From contig CAZFIV010000008.1 of the NCBI GenBank assembly GCA_964519665.1, forward strand, positions 14,913-78,912: a stretch of 64,000 nucleotides of DNA, in the 5' to 3' direction. The notes beneath the pieces were generated by a model. The model did no database searches, was not told where the DNA came from, and was given only the letters and a program-made list of their open reading frames with translations. This document shows positions 8,476-18,031 of the stretch, one piece after another. The stretch comes from an uncultured Myxococcales bacterium (GTDB lineage: Bacteria > Myxococcota > Kuafuiibacteriia > Kuafuiibacteriales > Kuafuiibacteriaceae). Each line of letters begins with the position of its first letter. Position 1 is the first letter of the stretch. A program made the position numbers and the translations under genes.

Positions 8476-9429
8476 ATGTCCAATATTCTCGTAGTCGCCG
8501 AAGTCGCTGATGGTGGTCTCAAGAAGGCCACCCTCACCACCGTCACGTTCGCCCGACAAGCGTCCGTCCGTCAGGGCGGCGATGTCTTAGGCCTGGTCAT
8601 CGGGGCCGATGTGGGGGGAGCCGCCGAAGAGCTGGCAAAGTACGTCTCGACCGTCCACGTCGTCGACAACGCCGCCCTCGCAAGCCCTACCGCTGAGGCC
8701 TACGCCGCGGTCGTGAAGGCGGCGGCCGAAGCGAGCAACGCCAATCTGATCTGCATGGCCGCGACCGCTCACGGCAAAGACATCATGCCCCGAACCGCAG
8801 CCCTCCTAAACGCGGGCATGGCGTCCGATATCCTCGGCTTCGCGGAGGACGACGGCCTGCACATGCTGCGCCCGATCCAAGCCGGCAATGTCATCGCCAC
8901 GGTCGAGATCACCACTGACGTGAAGCTGGTGACCACGCGGCCCACCGAATTCGACGCTGCCCAGCCCGCCGACGCGGCCGGTGCCGTCCAGGCGCTCGCG
9001 TTCAGCCTGCCGGAGACCAAGACCGCCTTCTTGAAGTTCGATAAGGTCGCCTCCGAGCGTCCTGAGCTCAGCGACGCCGAGGTGGTCATTGCCGGCGGGC
9101 GGGGCCTCAAAGAGCCGAGCAACTTCGGTCAGGTCATCGAACCCCTCGCCGACAAGCTGAACGCGGCGATCGGCGCCACTCGAGCCGTCGTCGACGCCGG
9201 TTGGGTGCCCAACGACATGCAGGTCGGTCAGACCGGTAAGGTCGTCGCACCCAATCTGTACGTCGCCGTCGGCATCTCCGGCGCGATTCAGCATATCGCC
9301 GGCATGAAAGGGTCGAAGACCATCGTAGCCATCAACAAAGACCCGGAAGCGCCCATCTTCCAGATCTCGGACTACGGGCTGGTGGCCGACCTGTTCAAAG
9401 TGGTTCCCGAGCTGACCGAGAAGGTCTAA
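8476..9429 (+). CDS. etfA: Electron transfer flavoprotein alpha subunit
   Basis: The N-terminus MSNILVVAEVADGGLKKATLTTVTFA and the FAD-binding C-terminal half (VAVGISGAIQHIAGMKGSKTIVAINKDPEAPIF) match EtfA. The stop of etfB is 2 bp upstream, so the two are translationally coupled. Confidence 0.9.
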   Translation: MSNILVVAEVADGGLKKATLTTVTFARQASVRQGGDVLGLVIGADVGGAAEELAKYVSTVHVVDNAALASPTAEAYAAVVKAAAEASNANLICMAATAHGKDIMPRTAALLNAGMASDILGFAEDDGLHMLRPIQAGNVIATVEITTDVKLVTTRPTEFDAAQPADAAGAVQALAFSLPETKTAFLKFDKVASERPELSDAEVVIAGGRGLKEPSNFGQVIEPLADKLNAAIGATRAVVDAGWVPNDMQVGQTGKVVAPNLYVAVGISGAIQHIAGMKGSKTIVAINKDPEAPIFQISDYGLVADLFKVVPELTEKV

Positions 9430-9480
9430 CGACGACTCCGCCGCCCCCGGTTATAGATCCTCATCGCCTCGTGTCCCGGA

Positions 9481-9656
9481 CTAGAGCGCCGATTCACTTG
9501 GAGCGTGCTGTTGTCGCGCCGGAATCGGCCCGTCGGGTCGTCGCGTGAGGAGGGCGCGTATCGGGAATACGCAACCGACGAAAGCCGAAGGCGGCGCGGC
9601 GAGCAGATGGGGTGAGAACCAGCGACAATAGTGCGATCCAAGTGAATCGGCGCTAG
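9481..9656 (+). ncRNA. Candidate structured RNA: imperfect inverted-repeat arms of about 35 nt enclosing about 105 nt with internal hairpins
   Basis: Arm 9481-9518 (ctagagcgccgattcacttggagcgtgctgttgtcgc) pairs with arm 9622-9656 (gcgacaatagtgcgatccaagtgaatcggcgctag). Three of the mismatches are G:U-compatible only in a plus-strand transcript. The interior contains the perfect hairpin GCGTAT-cggga-ATACGC. No family can be assigned by eye. Confidence 0.25.
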
Positions 9657-9780
9657 GGAGCGCGACATCGTTCAGCGTCCTCTCCAATCCATCCGATCCC
9701 GGCCCCTTTCGCCGGTCGAAATCGCGAGCAGGTACAGCAGACGGGGCCGAGCTCGTCGAGCGCGCCGCGCCGTCGGGTTA

Positions 9781-9804
9781 CCGACTATCGGTGGCGATAG
9801 TCGG
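9781..9804. repeat. Perfect 9-bp inverted repeat (ccgactatc-N6-gatagtcgg) upstream of the first hybrid kinase
   Basis: The palindrome is read directly from the sequence and lies about 50 bp upstream of the 9855 ORF. It could be an operator or a hairpin. Confidence 0.4.
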
Positions 9805-9854
9805 TGGCTTAAGGTTGCCTACTACCTGCCGATCGGTGTGGGCTAGAGAGCTGC

Positions 9855-11750
9855 GTGCAGTCTTGGGGAGAAAGCCTCGTCCCGCAGGCGAGTCAAGACC
9901 TCGCCCGCCGCGCCGGGCCGGGCATCGCTCTGCTCCCCCTCGTCTTCGTAGCGATGGCCCTGCCGGCGGTTCCTCTGTGGCCGTCGATGCTGTGGTCGGT
10001 GGGCATCTCGATCGGCTTGGTCTCGGCCTTGCGAATCGCTCTGACCCGCTCGCTCTTGGCTCGACCCGCGAGCCCCGCTGGTGACCGCCGCCTTTGGGCG
10101 TTCGGAGCCCTCACTACGCTCGCCGCCATTCTGTGGTCTTTCGGAACAATAACTGTCGTCTTGAGGTACGGGTACACACCGGAGACCTACCTGATGATCA
10201 TCGGTACGGCCGGGGTGTCGGCGGGCGCCGTGACCTCCCTGAACGTCTCGCGCTGGATGGTCCTCAGCTATTGTTTGGTGTTGATGGTCCCGCTGCTCGT
10301 GGCCACCGTCTGGATGACCATCTACCACGACGGCTACATCAGCATGCCGTTCATGGGCGTCCTGTACATCGTCCTGATCTTGGTCACGGCGGAGCGCGCC
10401 AACCGCGAATACTGGAGCCGGTTGCTGGCCCGACACCAGATCGAGCTGCAACAGCGCGTCCTCGCAAAGGCTCACCGCGACGCCCGAGCGGCGGCAGTGG
10501 CCAAGACTCAGTTTCTCGCGTCGATGTCTCACGAAATTCGGACCCCGATGAATGGCGTCATGGGCGCTGCTCAGCTTCTCCGAGATACCCGGCTGTCGCC
10601 GGAGCAAGCCCAACTGGTCCGAATGCTCGAGTCGTCCGGCAGAGCGCTCCTTCACATCATCGATGACATCCTCGACTTCTCGAAGATCGAAGCTGGCCGG
10701 ATGAAGGTCGAGGATATTCCGTTCGACTTGTTCGAGCTGGTCGACGACGCGGCGATGATGATGGGCAGCCAGGCGACCACCAAGGGGCTGAGCCTCGAAG
10801 TCGACTACGCCACCGGAACTCCTCAACATGTCCGAGGGGACCCGACGCGCATCCGCCAGATCCTGCTGAATCTGCTGTCCAACGCGATCAAGTTCACCGA
10901 AGTCGGCGGCATCGAGGTCAAAGTCATGGAGTCGCTGGGGCCATCCGCGCCTCCGGCGAGCCGCGAGAGCACCGACGACCCGCCCTCCGCCGAAAGCGAA
11001 GAAGAACGTCGGCACATCGTCCGGCTCGAGGTCCATGATACCGGCCCTGGGGTTCCCCCCGAGAGTCGTAGCCATCTCTTCAAAGCGTTTAGCCAAGCCG
11101 ATGCATCCACGACCCGTCGGCACGGCGGGACCGGACTCGGCCTCGCGATCAGCAAACGGCTATGCCTGCTGATGAATGGGACCATCGGCTTTTCACCTCG
11201 ACCGGGGGGCGGGTCCGTATTCTGGTTCAGCATCGGGTTTGCGCAGGCACCGGCCCCCGTGGTCGTGCCCAAGGCCGCCGTCGAGCCGCCTACCGGGCGA
11301 CCCGGGTCGGAAGAGCGACCCCGAATCCTGATCGTCGAGGATAATCAGGTCAATCAGCTCCTCGCGGCCCGGTTCCTCGAACGGGCGGGATTCGGGTGCG
11401 AAGTCGCCTCGTCGGGGGAGCAGGCGCTGCGGGTGCTCGAGAATCACCGGTTCGACGCCGTCCTGATGGACTGCCAGATGCCAGGCATGGACGGCTTGGC
11501 GACCACTCGCGCCATCCGCCAACAAGAGGCACCGAACGGCCCTCGACTGCCGATCGTCGCCCTCACCGCCGACGCTATGGACGGCACCCGGGAACGCTGC
11601 CTGGACGCCGGCATGGACGATTTTCTGACCAAACCCGTGCAGGCCGACGAGATGGCCGAGGTGCTCCACCGCGTGCTCAGCCAGGACACCGCGGCCACTT
11701 ACCCCTCCCAAGCCGTCGAAGAAAGTGCCCGTCTCGGCCGCGCCCCTTGA
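9855..11750 (+). CDS. Hybrid sensor histidine kinase/response regulator with a polytopic (~6 TM) membrane-embedded N-terminal sensor
   Basis: About six TM helices are followed by HisKA (FLASMSHEIRTPMNGVMGAAQLL), HATPase_c (GGTGLGLAISKRL) and a C-terminal receiver (ILIVEDNQVNQLLAARFL...DAVLMDCQMPGMDG...LTKP). The true start may lie downstream of 9855. Confidence 0.85.
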   Translation: MQSWGESLVPQASQDLARRAGPGIALLPLVFVAMALPAVPLWPSMLWSVGISIGLVSALRIALTRSLLARPASPAGDRRLWAFGALTTLAAILWSFGTITVVLRYGYTPETYLMIIGTAGVSAGAVTSLNVSRWMVLSYCLVLMVPLLVATVWMTIYHDGYISMPFMGVLYIVLILVTAERANREYWSRLLARHQIELQQRVLAKAHRDARAAAVAKTQFLASMSHEIRTPMNGVMGAAQLLRDTRLSPEQAQLVRMLESSGRALLHIIDDILDFSKIEAGRMKVEDIPFDLFELVDDAAMMMGSQATTKGLSLEVDYATGTPQHVRGDPTRIRQILLNLLSNAIKFTEVGGIEVKVMESLGPSAPPASRESTDDPPSAESEEERRHIVRLEVHDTGPGVPPESRSHLFKAFSQADASTTRRHGGTGLGLAISKRLCLLMNGTIGFSPRPGGGSVFWFSIGFAQAPAPVVVPKAAVEPPTGRPGSEERPRILIVEDNQVNQLLAARFLERAGFGCEVASSGEQALRVLENHRFDAVLMDCQMPGMDGLATTRAIRQQEAPNGPRLPIVALTADAMDGTRERCLDAGMDDFLTKPVQADEMAEVLHRVLSQDTAATYPSQAVEESARLGRAP

Positions 11751-11792
11751 CCCGCGAACCTCGAGGCTCCTGAATAACGGGTACGCCCGACG

Positions 11793-13862
11793 ATGGAGCT
11801 CCACTTGTGCCCGCCCATGCATCGTCAGATGCAGCAGGATCTCGGGGTCTACGCCCAGCCCGGCCTCTACATGTTTCCGGGATTGATAGCCGGCTTCGCC
11901 GCGCTCAGCCCGGACGTGCGCGAGCTGGGGCCGACCTTCTGGGCGCCCGCGACCGTGATGACGTTGTTGGTCGTGGCCCGCCTCCCGCTCGCGCGACGAC
12001 TGGCCTCGAACCCGCCCACCGCCCACCGACACCCGATCGGATGCGCGTTCGTCTGGCTGGCCTGGATCGGAGCCGCCGGTTGGGGCCTGACCGTCGCGGT
12101 CACCCTCCACCAAGCAGGGTACAGCGAGGGCACCTATCTGCTCATCATGGCGACCGCGGGCGTCGCCGCCGGGGCGACCGCCGCCCTGTCGGTGTCGGAA
12201 CGCATCATCGTGCCCTACGTGGTCGTGCTCCAGGCCCCGCTGTGCGTAGCGACGACCATCCTCGGCCTGAGTGGACGCGGTACCCTGGTCATGCCGCTGA
12301 TGTACGTCATGTTCACCGGCTACATCGTCTTCATGGGGGCGCGTCTCAGCCGGGCCTACCAGAGCAAACTCAGCGTCATCGTCGATGCGCAAGCCGCAGT
12401 GATGGCCGCGGAGGCCAAGCGGCGTTTCCTGGCATCGGTCGCGCACGAACTAAGAACACCGATGAACGGAATCATGGGCGTTTCGGACCTCCTCAAGGAG
12501 ACCGAGGTCCGCCCCGAGCAAGTAGAATTGCTGGCGACATTCGACGAAGCGTCGAAGGCCCTGCTTCGGATTATCGACGAGGTCCTGGACTTCGCCAAGG
12601 CCGAGGATGGCCACGTCGAGATCATCAACGCTCCGTTCAGCCCTACGGACTGCGTCGAAGAGGTCGTCGGCGTCATGGAACCGGTGGCCCGGAGTAAGCA
12701 ACTCGAGCTGTCGATGTGGTTCGCCCAGGACCTACCCGAGTTAGTGATCGGCGATCAGGGCCGACTTCGACAGATCCTGATCAACTTGGCCGGTAACGCC
12801 ATCAAGTTCAGTCGGGTCGGCGGGGTTCACTTCCAGGTTCGCCGCCGAGCGGCCGGCCCCGGTCTTCGGTTGTCGGTCACCGACACCGGTCCCGGGCTCG
12901 AAGCAGGCTTTCAACCGTTCGAGCCTTTCGCCCAGGGCGCCGCCGGTGCCGAGCACGGAGGAACGGGGCTCGGCCTCGCCATTTGCGACCGATTGACGAA
13001 GCTGATGGGCGGTGCGATCGGCTTTGAACAAGCTGACCGGGGCGGTACGACGTTCTGGCTCGAGGTGCCTTTCGAAACGCACACACCGCGACGAGACCCG
13101 CCCCGCTTCGGCCGCGCGGCTTGGGTCATCGACCGTTGGGCCCCCGGCCGGTCGGCCACCGTCCAGCTTCTTCGGCGGTGCGGCGTCCACGCCGAGGCGG
13201 TGGCCCATGATGCGGGTCCGCCGCCCCCCGGCATCGACGTGTGGCTGGCCATCGACGACGCAACCCCCGACACGCAGGATGAATTGACACGACTGCGAGG
13301 CCCGGACACCCGGCTCGTCGTGATGACCACCCGCGAGCGTCACGCTGCCATGAGTGATGTCCTCGGCGGTCGGGCCGACTTCGTCACGACGCGGCCGTTG
13401 ACCCATCGCCTGGTCGAGCGAGTGTTGGACCGCCACCCATCGCCCGACGTCTCGAGGGCCGGTCCCCGGCCTCGCGTGGAGCTCGACTCGCCTCGGCGCG
13501 TCCTGATCGTCGAAGACAATCGGGTCAACCGAATGGTCGCCGAACGATTCGTGCGCGAAGCCGGCTTCGACAGCGAGGTCGCTCATTCGGGCCGGGAGGC
13601 TCTTCTTCGATTCTCGGAGACCTCGTGGGACGCGATTCTGCTCGACTGTCGGATGCCGGAGATGGACGGATGGGAAACCGCCCGGGCCATTCGCCGCCTG
13701 GAAGCCGACTCCGAGCGTCGGGTTTCGATCATTGCCATGACCGCCGACGTGGAAGACCTCACCCGCGAGCGCTGCTTCGAGGCGGGCATGGATGCATACC
13801 TCCCGAAGCCGGTCGACCCCGCGGCGTTGGTGAACCTTCTGCGGCAGGTCACAAAAGCCTGA
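11793..13862 (+). CDS. Hybrid sensor histidine kinase/response regulator, paralogue of the upstream gene
   Basis: The architecture is the same. Its TM core GTYLLIMATAGVAAGATAALSVSERIIVPYVVVLQAPLCVATTIL aligns with ETYLMIIGTAGVSAGAVTSLNVSRWMVLSYCLVLMVPLLVATVWM of the upstream gene. HisKA is FLASVAHELRTPMNGIMGVSDLL. An extra roughly 150-aa linker precedes the receiver (VLIVEDNRVNRMVAERFV...ILLDCRMPEMDG). Confidence 0.85.
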   Translation: MELHLCPPMHRQMQQDLGVYAQPGLYMFPGLIAGFAALSPDVRELGPTFWAPATVMTLLVVARLPLARRLASNPPTAHRHPIGCAFVWLAWIGAAGWGLTVAVTLHQAGYSEGTYLLIMATAGVAAGATAALSVSERIIVPYVVVLQAPLCVATTILGLSGRGTLVMPLMYVMFTGYIVFMGARLSRAYQSKLSVIVDAQAAVMAAEAKRRFLASVAHELRTPMNGIMGVSDLLKETEVRPEQVELLATFDEASKALLRIIDEVLDFAKAEDGHVEIINAPFSPTDCVEEVVGVMEPVARSKQLELSMWFAQDLPELVIGDQGRLRQILINLAGNAIKFSRVGGVHFQVRRRAAGPGLRLSVTDTGPGLEAGFQPFEPFAQGAAGAEHGGTGLGLAICDRLTKLMGGAIGFEQADRGGTTFWLEVPFETHTPRRDPPRFGRAAWVIDRWAPGRSATVQLLRRCGVHAEAVAHDAGPPPPGIDVWLAIDDATPDTQDELTRLRGPDTRLVVMTTRERHAAMSDVLGGRADFVTTRPLTHRLVERVLDRHPSPDVSRAGPRPRVELDSPRRVLIVEDNRVNRMVAERFVREAGFDSEVAHSGREALLRFSETSWDAILLDCRMPEMDGWETARAIRRLEADSERRVSIIAMTADVEDLTRERCFEAGMDAYLPKPVDPAALVNLLRQVTKA

Positions 13863-13991
13863 GGTCACGGCATGAGACGCCGCCGAATCGACCGATTCGG
13901 CTCGACGATGTACGACACTGCCGCCAACTAGATCGTGCGGAAGACGAACTTCTCTTCGAACTCGGCTTCGGGAGCAGTAAGCTAGCCCCGA

Positions 13992-15560
13992 ATGGAGGTT
14001 GAAATCCTCGTCAGCCGCGCGCACGGCGAAACACGGGTCGCTGTGCTCGAAAACGAAGTCATTCAAGAGATCCACGTCGAACGTGATCATCGCCGCGGGG
14101 TCGTCGGCAACATCTACGCCGGTCGAGTCAGTCGGGTCTTGCCCGGCATGCAGGCCGCATTCGTCGAAGTCGGGCTTGATCGGGCTGCGTTCCTATATGT
14201 CGACGACGTCGTCCTTCCTGGGGAGCTTCAGGAAGATGACAGCGACGAAGGGCCGGAGCTCGATGACGATGAAGGCGATCCCGAGGCGCTACCGACCGTC
14301 TCGGAGGCCGCACAAACACCCGCCGAAGAAGTCCCCGAACGCCCCCCCATCGAGCAGCTCCTTCGAGAAGGCCAGCCCGTGACGGTGCAGGTAGCCAAAG
14401 CCCCAATCGGGACCAAGGGCGCCCGGGTCACGACCTACATTACCCTGCCCGGCCGTTACGTGGTGTATATGCCCACCATGCGCCGGATCGGCGTCTCTCG
14501 GAAAATCACGTCCGACGTCGAACGCAAGCGGCTCAAGGACCTTCTGACCGAGATCCGCCAGCCCGGCGAAGGCGGCTTCATCGCTCGCACGGTTTGCCAA
14601 GGCCTCGATGAGACCCGCATTCGGCAAGATGTCGAGTTTCTCCGCTCATTGTGGGCCGAGGTCCTCGCGAAGACCCGCAACCAGACCGAGGCCGGTCTCG
14701 TCATGCCCGATCTCGATCTGGTCCTGCGAGCGACCCGGGACTTCTTCAACGACGACGTCGGCCGGATGCTGCTCGATGACACCCAGGAGGCCGAGCGTGT
14801 CCGCCGGCTCCTCGATTCGAGCGCCCCGCACCTCGCCGACCGAGTCGAACTCTACGAGGGCCCTTCGTTGTTCGACGAAAGAGGCGTCGAAGCCGCCCTC
14901 CGTCGCGCGCTTTCGCGGGAGATCCATTTGAAGAGCGGCGCGGCCATCGTGGTCGACGAGGCCGAAGCATTGACCGCGATCGATATCAACACGGCCAGCT
15001 TCGTCGGCTCCAGGGACCTCGAAGCCACGATCCTCAAGACGAATCTTGAATCCATCGACACCATCGTCGAGCAGATCCGGCTGCGCAACCTCGGCGGAAT
15101 CATCATCGTCGACTTCATCGACATGCAGCGTCCGGAGTCGCGGGAGCTGGTCTACAATCAGTTCCTGGAGGCCCTGGGGCGAGATCGCTCGCGGACTCAC
15201 GTGCAGCCGATGAGCGGTCTGGGCCTCGTCGAAATGACCCGCAAGCGGGTCCGACCGTCGCTGGGGCGGCTGCTGACGGAACCGTGCCCCTACTGTTCGG
15301 GGCGAGGCCGGGTGCGGTCGACACGGACGATCTGCAAGGAGATCTTCCGGGAAATCGAGCGACAAGCACTCTTGCATCCCGACGCCGGCCTGGTGGTCAC
15401 CGCCATGCCCGAGGTCGTCACGATGCTGAGCGGAGAAGAAGAGCTGCACCTGCTGGCCCTCGAAAGACGGCTCGGACGGCCGGTGGTGATCGAAGCCCGC
15501 AGCGATTTTCACCAAGAAACGTATCAGGTCGCGGCGCGACCATCGACGGCGCGACCATGA
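13992..15560 (+). CDS. rng: Ribonuclease G (RNase E/G family, short form)
   Basis: An S1 domain (VGNIYAGRVSRVLPGMQAAFVEVG) is followed by the RNase E/G catalytic core (IVVDEAEALTAIDINTASFVG; IIIVDFIDM). The length is 522 aa. Confidence 0.85.
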   Translation: MEVEILVSRAHGETRVAVLENEVIQEIHVERDHRRGVVGNIYAGRVSRVLPGMQAAFVEVGLDRAAFLYVDDVVLPGELQEDDSDEGPELDDDEGDPEALPTVSEAAQTPAEEVPERPPIEQLLREGQPVTVQVAKAPIGTKGARVTTYITLPGRYVVYMPTMRRIGVSRKITSDVERKRLKDLLTEIRQPGEGGFIARTVCQGLDETRIRQDVEFLRSLWAEVLAKTRNQTEAGLVMPDLDLVLRATRDFFNDDVGRMLLDDTQEAERVRRLLDSSAPHLADRVELYEGPSLFDERGVEAALRRALSREIHLKSGAAIVVDEAEALTAIDINTASFVGSRDLEATILKTNLESIDTIVEQIRLRNLGGIIIVDFIDMQRPESRELVYNQFLEALGRDRSRTHVQPMSGLGLVEMTRKRVRPSLGRLLTEPCPYCSGRGRVRSTRTICKEIFREIERQALLHPDAGLVVTAMPEVVTMLSGEEELHLLALERRLGRPVVIEARSDFHQETYQVAARPSTARP

Positions 15561-15809
15561 CCGCTCACCTCTTGCCGATCTCGCTCATGGGCATCGCGCG
15601 AGCCGTGCTCGACCGAGGTGGGATCAGAGCCGCGTGGGCAGGTCGACCGGTGCATCCGGTCGCCGGTCGGGCGGTGACTCGAGGGCCTGCCCGGGCGGCC
15701 GGGGCGGTCCCCCAAGCGGGCTTCGGGTTTTACCAAAAAGGATGGGCACTCTCATGGGCGGCGGGGATCGGAGCACCACGCCGGAGCGGAGCCCTTCCCG
15801 GCTGTCGAG

Positions 15810-17384
15810 GTGAGCTTGGGTACCGTCACGGGGCGTGAATCGCGACCTCGGCTCGAGCGTCGGTTTTGGGTGGGGGGGCCGGCAATGGATCGACGGTGGT
15901 TACGTCGGGCTCGGGTCTTGGAACCGAGGTTCTCCAACCAAGAACGTCTGGTTCTTCGATCCCGCTCACTCGCCCCGCTGGCCGCTTTCGTTCTCGTATT
16001 GGGAGGAGGCTTCGGGGCGGTCCCGACCGGGCTCGCATCGGCCGCACCGACAACCACGACGGCCGACAGTGCGGCCCAGGTCTTCGATGACCCGTCCGCT
16101 TTCGACCGCCTGTTCGATGAGCGGGGTCAACCTTTCGACGAGGTCCGGGCGCAGTTCATCGAAGGCATCGACCTGGTCGGCAATATCAAGACCAGCCGCA
16201 CGGTCATCGAGCGACGACTCCTCGTCGCGCCGGGCGACCTTCTCGACGAGGAGAAGCTGGAAGAGTCTCGCCTCCGCCTGCTGAATACAGGCTTCTTCAA
16301 GCGGGTCGAATTCAGTCTGCGACGGGGGTCCCGGCGGGGTCAGGTGCTGTTGATCCTAGAGGTCGAGGAACGGAACACGCTCGTCATCGACCAGGTGTAT
16401 TTCGGTCATTCCCAGGTCGCGCCGTTCTTCGGCGGATTGGGGCTGGCCGATACCAATTTCCTTGGTCGCGGGGTCACGGTCGGCGGCCGTTTCGTCGTGG
16501 GCGCTGACCGACGGGGCGTTGAAGCGAGGCTCTTTGTGCCTCACCTGTCGGACACCTCGCTGCAGCTTTCGGCGTCCGCCATATTCGTGCAGGGCGCGGA
16601 GGCCGTCGATGACAGTGACCCTGAAGGCGCCCAACTTTTTTACAGTCGCTGGGGGGGCACCCTCGGCATCGGGGTGGGCGTCGCGCCCGCCCAACGGGTG
16701 TCGCTGACCTATCGACTGGAGGCGGTGCAAGCCGACCGACTCCCAAACCTCAACCCATCGATCCTCCGCCGGGCACCGTCGATCCTGTTCGATGAGTCGG
16801 TCCTGTCGACCTTGGCCTTGACGTACGAGCGAGACACCCGCGATGACCCCTTCGTTCCCCATCAGGGCCATCGGGTGGCGCTCGCGGTGGAAGTCGGCAC
16901 GACGCTGTTGGGCTCGAGCTACGAATTCAGTAAGTACACCGGCGAAGTACAGCTCGCATCTTCACCGTTCGGAGAGCACAGCGTCATCGTCCGCGGTTTC
17001 GGAGGCCTCATTCAGGGCCAGACGCCGTTCTTCAACCAGTTCTTCATCAGCGACTTCGCCTACTTCGCCTGGAATCGAGATTCCTTGCCCCGAAGCTCGC
17101 AGATCAACTTCTCCGAGTCGAACGACTACGACGACCTCGTCATCAGCGTCGGCGCCGACTACAGCATTCCGGTCGTATCGGGCGGCGACGTTCTCTACCG
17201 AATGTATGTCTACGGCGGCCTCGACCTGACGATGACCGCATCGCTCGACGAACTCCAGGAAGATCGGACGGGCCGGGGAATCGGGGGCAACTTCCCGGTT
17301 TCTTTCGATACCGGGCTCAAGTTCGATACCTCGTTCGGCTATTTTACCCTCTCGCTGTCCTACTTGCTGGACCTGGGCTATTAA
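15810..17384 (+). CDS. Omp85-family outer-membrane protein (single POTRA plus beta-barrel; BamA/TamA/TpsB-like)
   Basis: It has a signal peptide (LAPLAAFVLVLGGGFGAVPTGLASAAP) and a POTRA-like segment (IKTSRTVIERRLLVAPGDLLDEEKLEESRLRLLNTGFFKRVEF...VLLILEVEERNTLVI). The C-terminal half has alternating-hydrophobic beta-strands and ends in an aromatic residue. The start may be the internal Met at 15885. Confidence 0.7.
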   Translation: MSLGTVTGRESRPRLERRFWVGGPAMDRRWLRRARVLEPRFSNQERLVLRSRSLAPLAAFVLVLGGGFGAVPTGLASAAPTTTTADSAAQVFDDPSAFDRLFDERGQPFDEVRAQFIEGIDLVGNIKTSRTVIERRLLVAPGDLLDEEKLEESRLRLLNTGFFKRVEFSLRRGSRRGQVLLILEVEERNTLVIDQVYFGHSQVAPFFGGLGLADTNFLGRGVTVGGRFVVGADRRGVEARLFVPHLSDTSLQLSASAIFVQGAEAVDDSDPEGAQLFYSRWGGTLGIGVGVAPAQRVSLTYRLEAVQADRLPNLNPSILRRAPSILFDESVLSTLALTYERDTRDDPFVPHQGHRVALAVEVGTTLLGSSYEFSKYTGEVQLASSPFGEHSVIVRGFGGLIQGQTPFFNQFFISDFAYFAWNRDSLPRSSQINFSESNDYDDLVISVGADYSIPVVSGGDVLYRMYVYGGLDLTMTASLDELQEDRTGRGIGGNFPVSFDTGLKFDTSFGYFTLSLSYLLDLGY

Positions 17385-17386
17385 CC

Positions 17387-18031
17387 GTGAGCGCGCGGCG
17401 CGGTTTGCAGGTCAGCTTTCTGCTGGCCGGGATTTTCTCCATGGCGGCCGCGGAGGCACAGGTCGAGCCTTTGAAGGCGCGTCTTGTGTCGGATGGCACG
17501 CACTTGCGCGCCCAGTTCAGCATCACCAATGCTTTTACGGAGTCGTTTCGGAAACGGATGGCCGGCGGTCTGACGAATCGAGCCGTGCTGGCCATCGAAC
17601 TGCTCGACATGAGTTCAGATGTGTTCGTCGTTCGACAACGCAAGTGTGAGCTACGGGTAGACGTCTGGGACGATCGGGTATACGCGCGCGTCACCGATGA
17701 AGACCGGGAGCGGCGGCGGATTTACGCCCTCATCGATGATGGACTTCGGGCCTGCGGCCTGGTCGACGTCCCCCTGACGACGGTCGACAGGCTCACCGCC
17801 CCGACATACCGACTCCGCGTTCAGATCGCCCTCAACCCGATTTCACCGGAGCTTCGCGAACGAAGTCGGGAGTTCATGTCGAACCCCCAAGGCACCGCAT
17901 CCAGCCGTACCCCGGCATTCTTTGGCGCCGTCGCGCGTTTGTTCCGGTCGGAATCCGCTGCCGGTGGCACGGTGTTCGTGTTCCAATCCGGCCGATTGAA
18001 GAATCCGGTGAGCGAGGAGACGCCGCGGTGA
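17387..18031 (+). CDS. DUF4390-like periplasmic protein (often encoded immediately upstream of NtrY-type sensor kinases)
   Basis: The 214-aa product has a signal peptide (VSFLLAGIFSMAAAEA) and overlaps the downstream kinase start by 4 bp. The family assignment is from memory of the family pattern and has not been verified. Confidence 0.45.
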   Translation: MSARRGLQVSFLLAGIFSMAAAEAQVEPLKARLVSDGTHLRAQFSITNAFTESFRKRMAGGLTNRAVLAIELLDMSSDVFVVRQRKCELRVDVWDDRVYARVTDEDRERRRIYALIDDGLRACGLVDVPLTTVDRLTAPTYRLRVQIALNPISPELRERSREFMSNPQGTASSRTPAFFGAVARLFRSESAAGGTVFVFQSGRLKNPVSEETPR

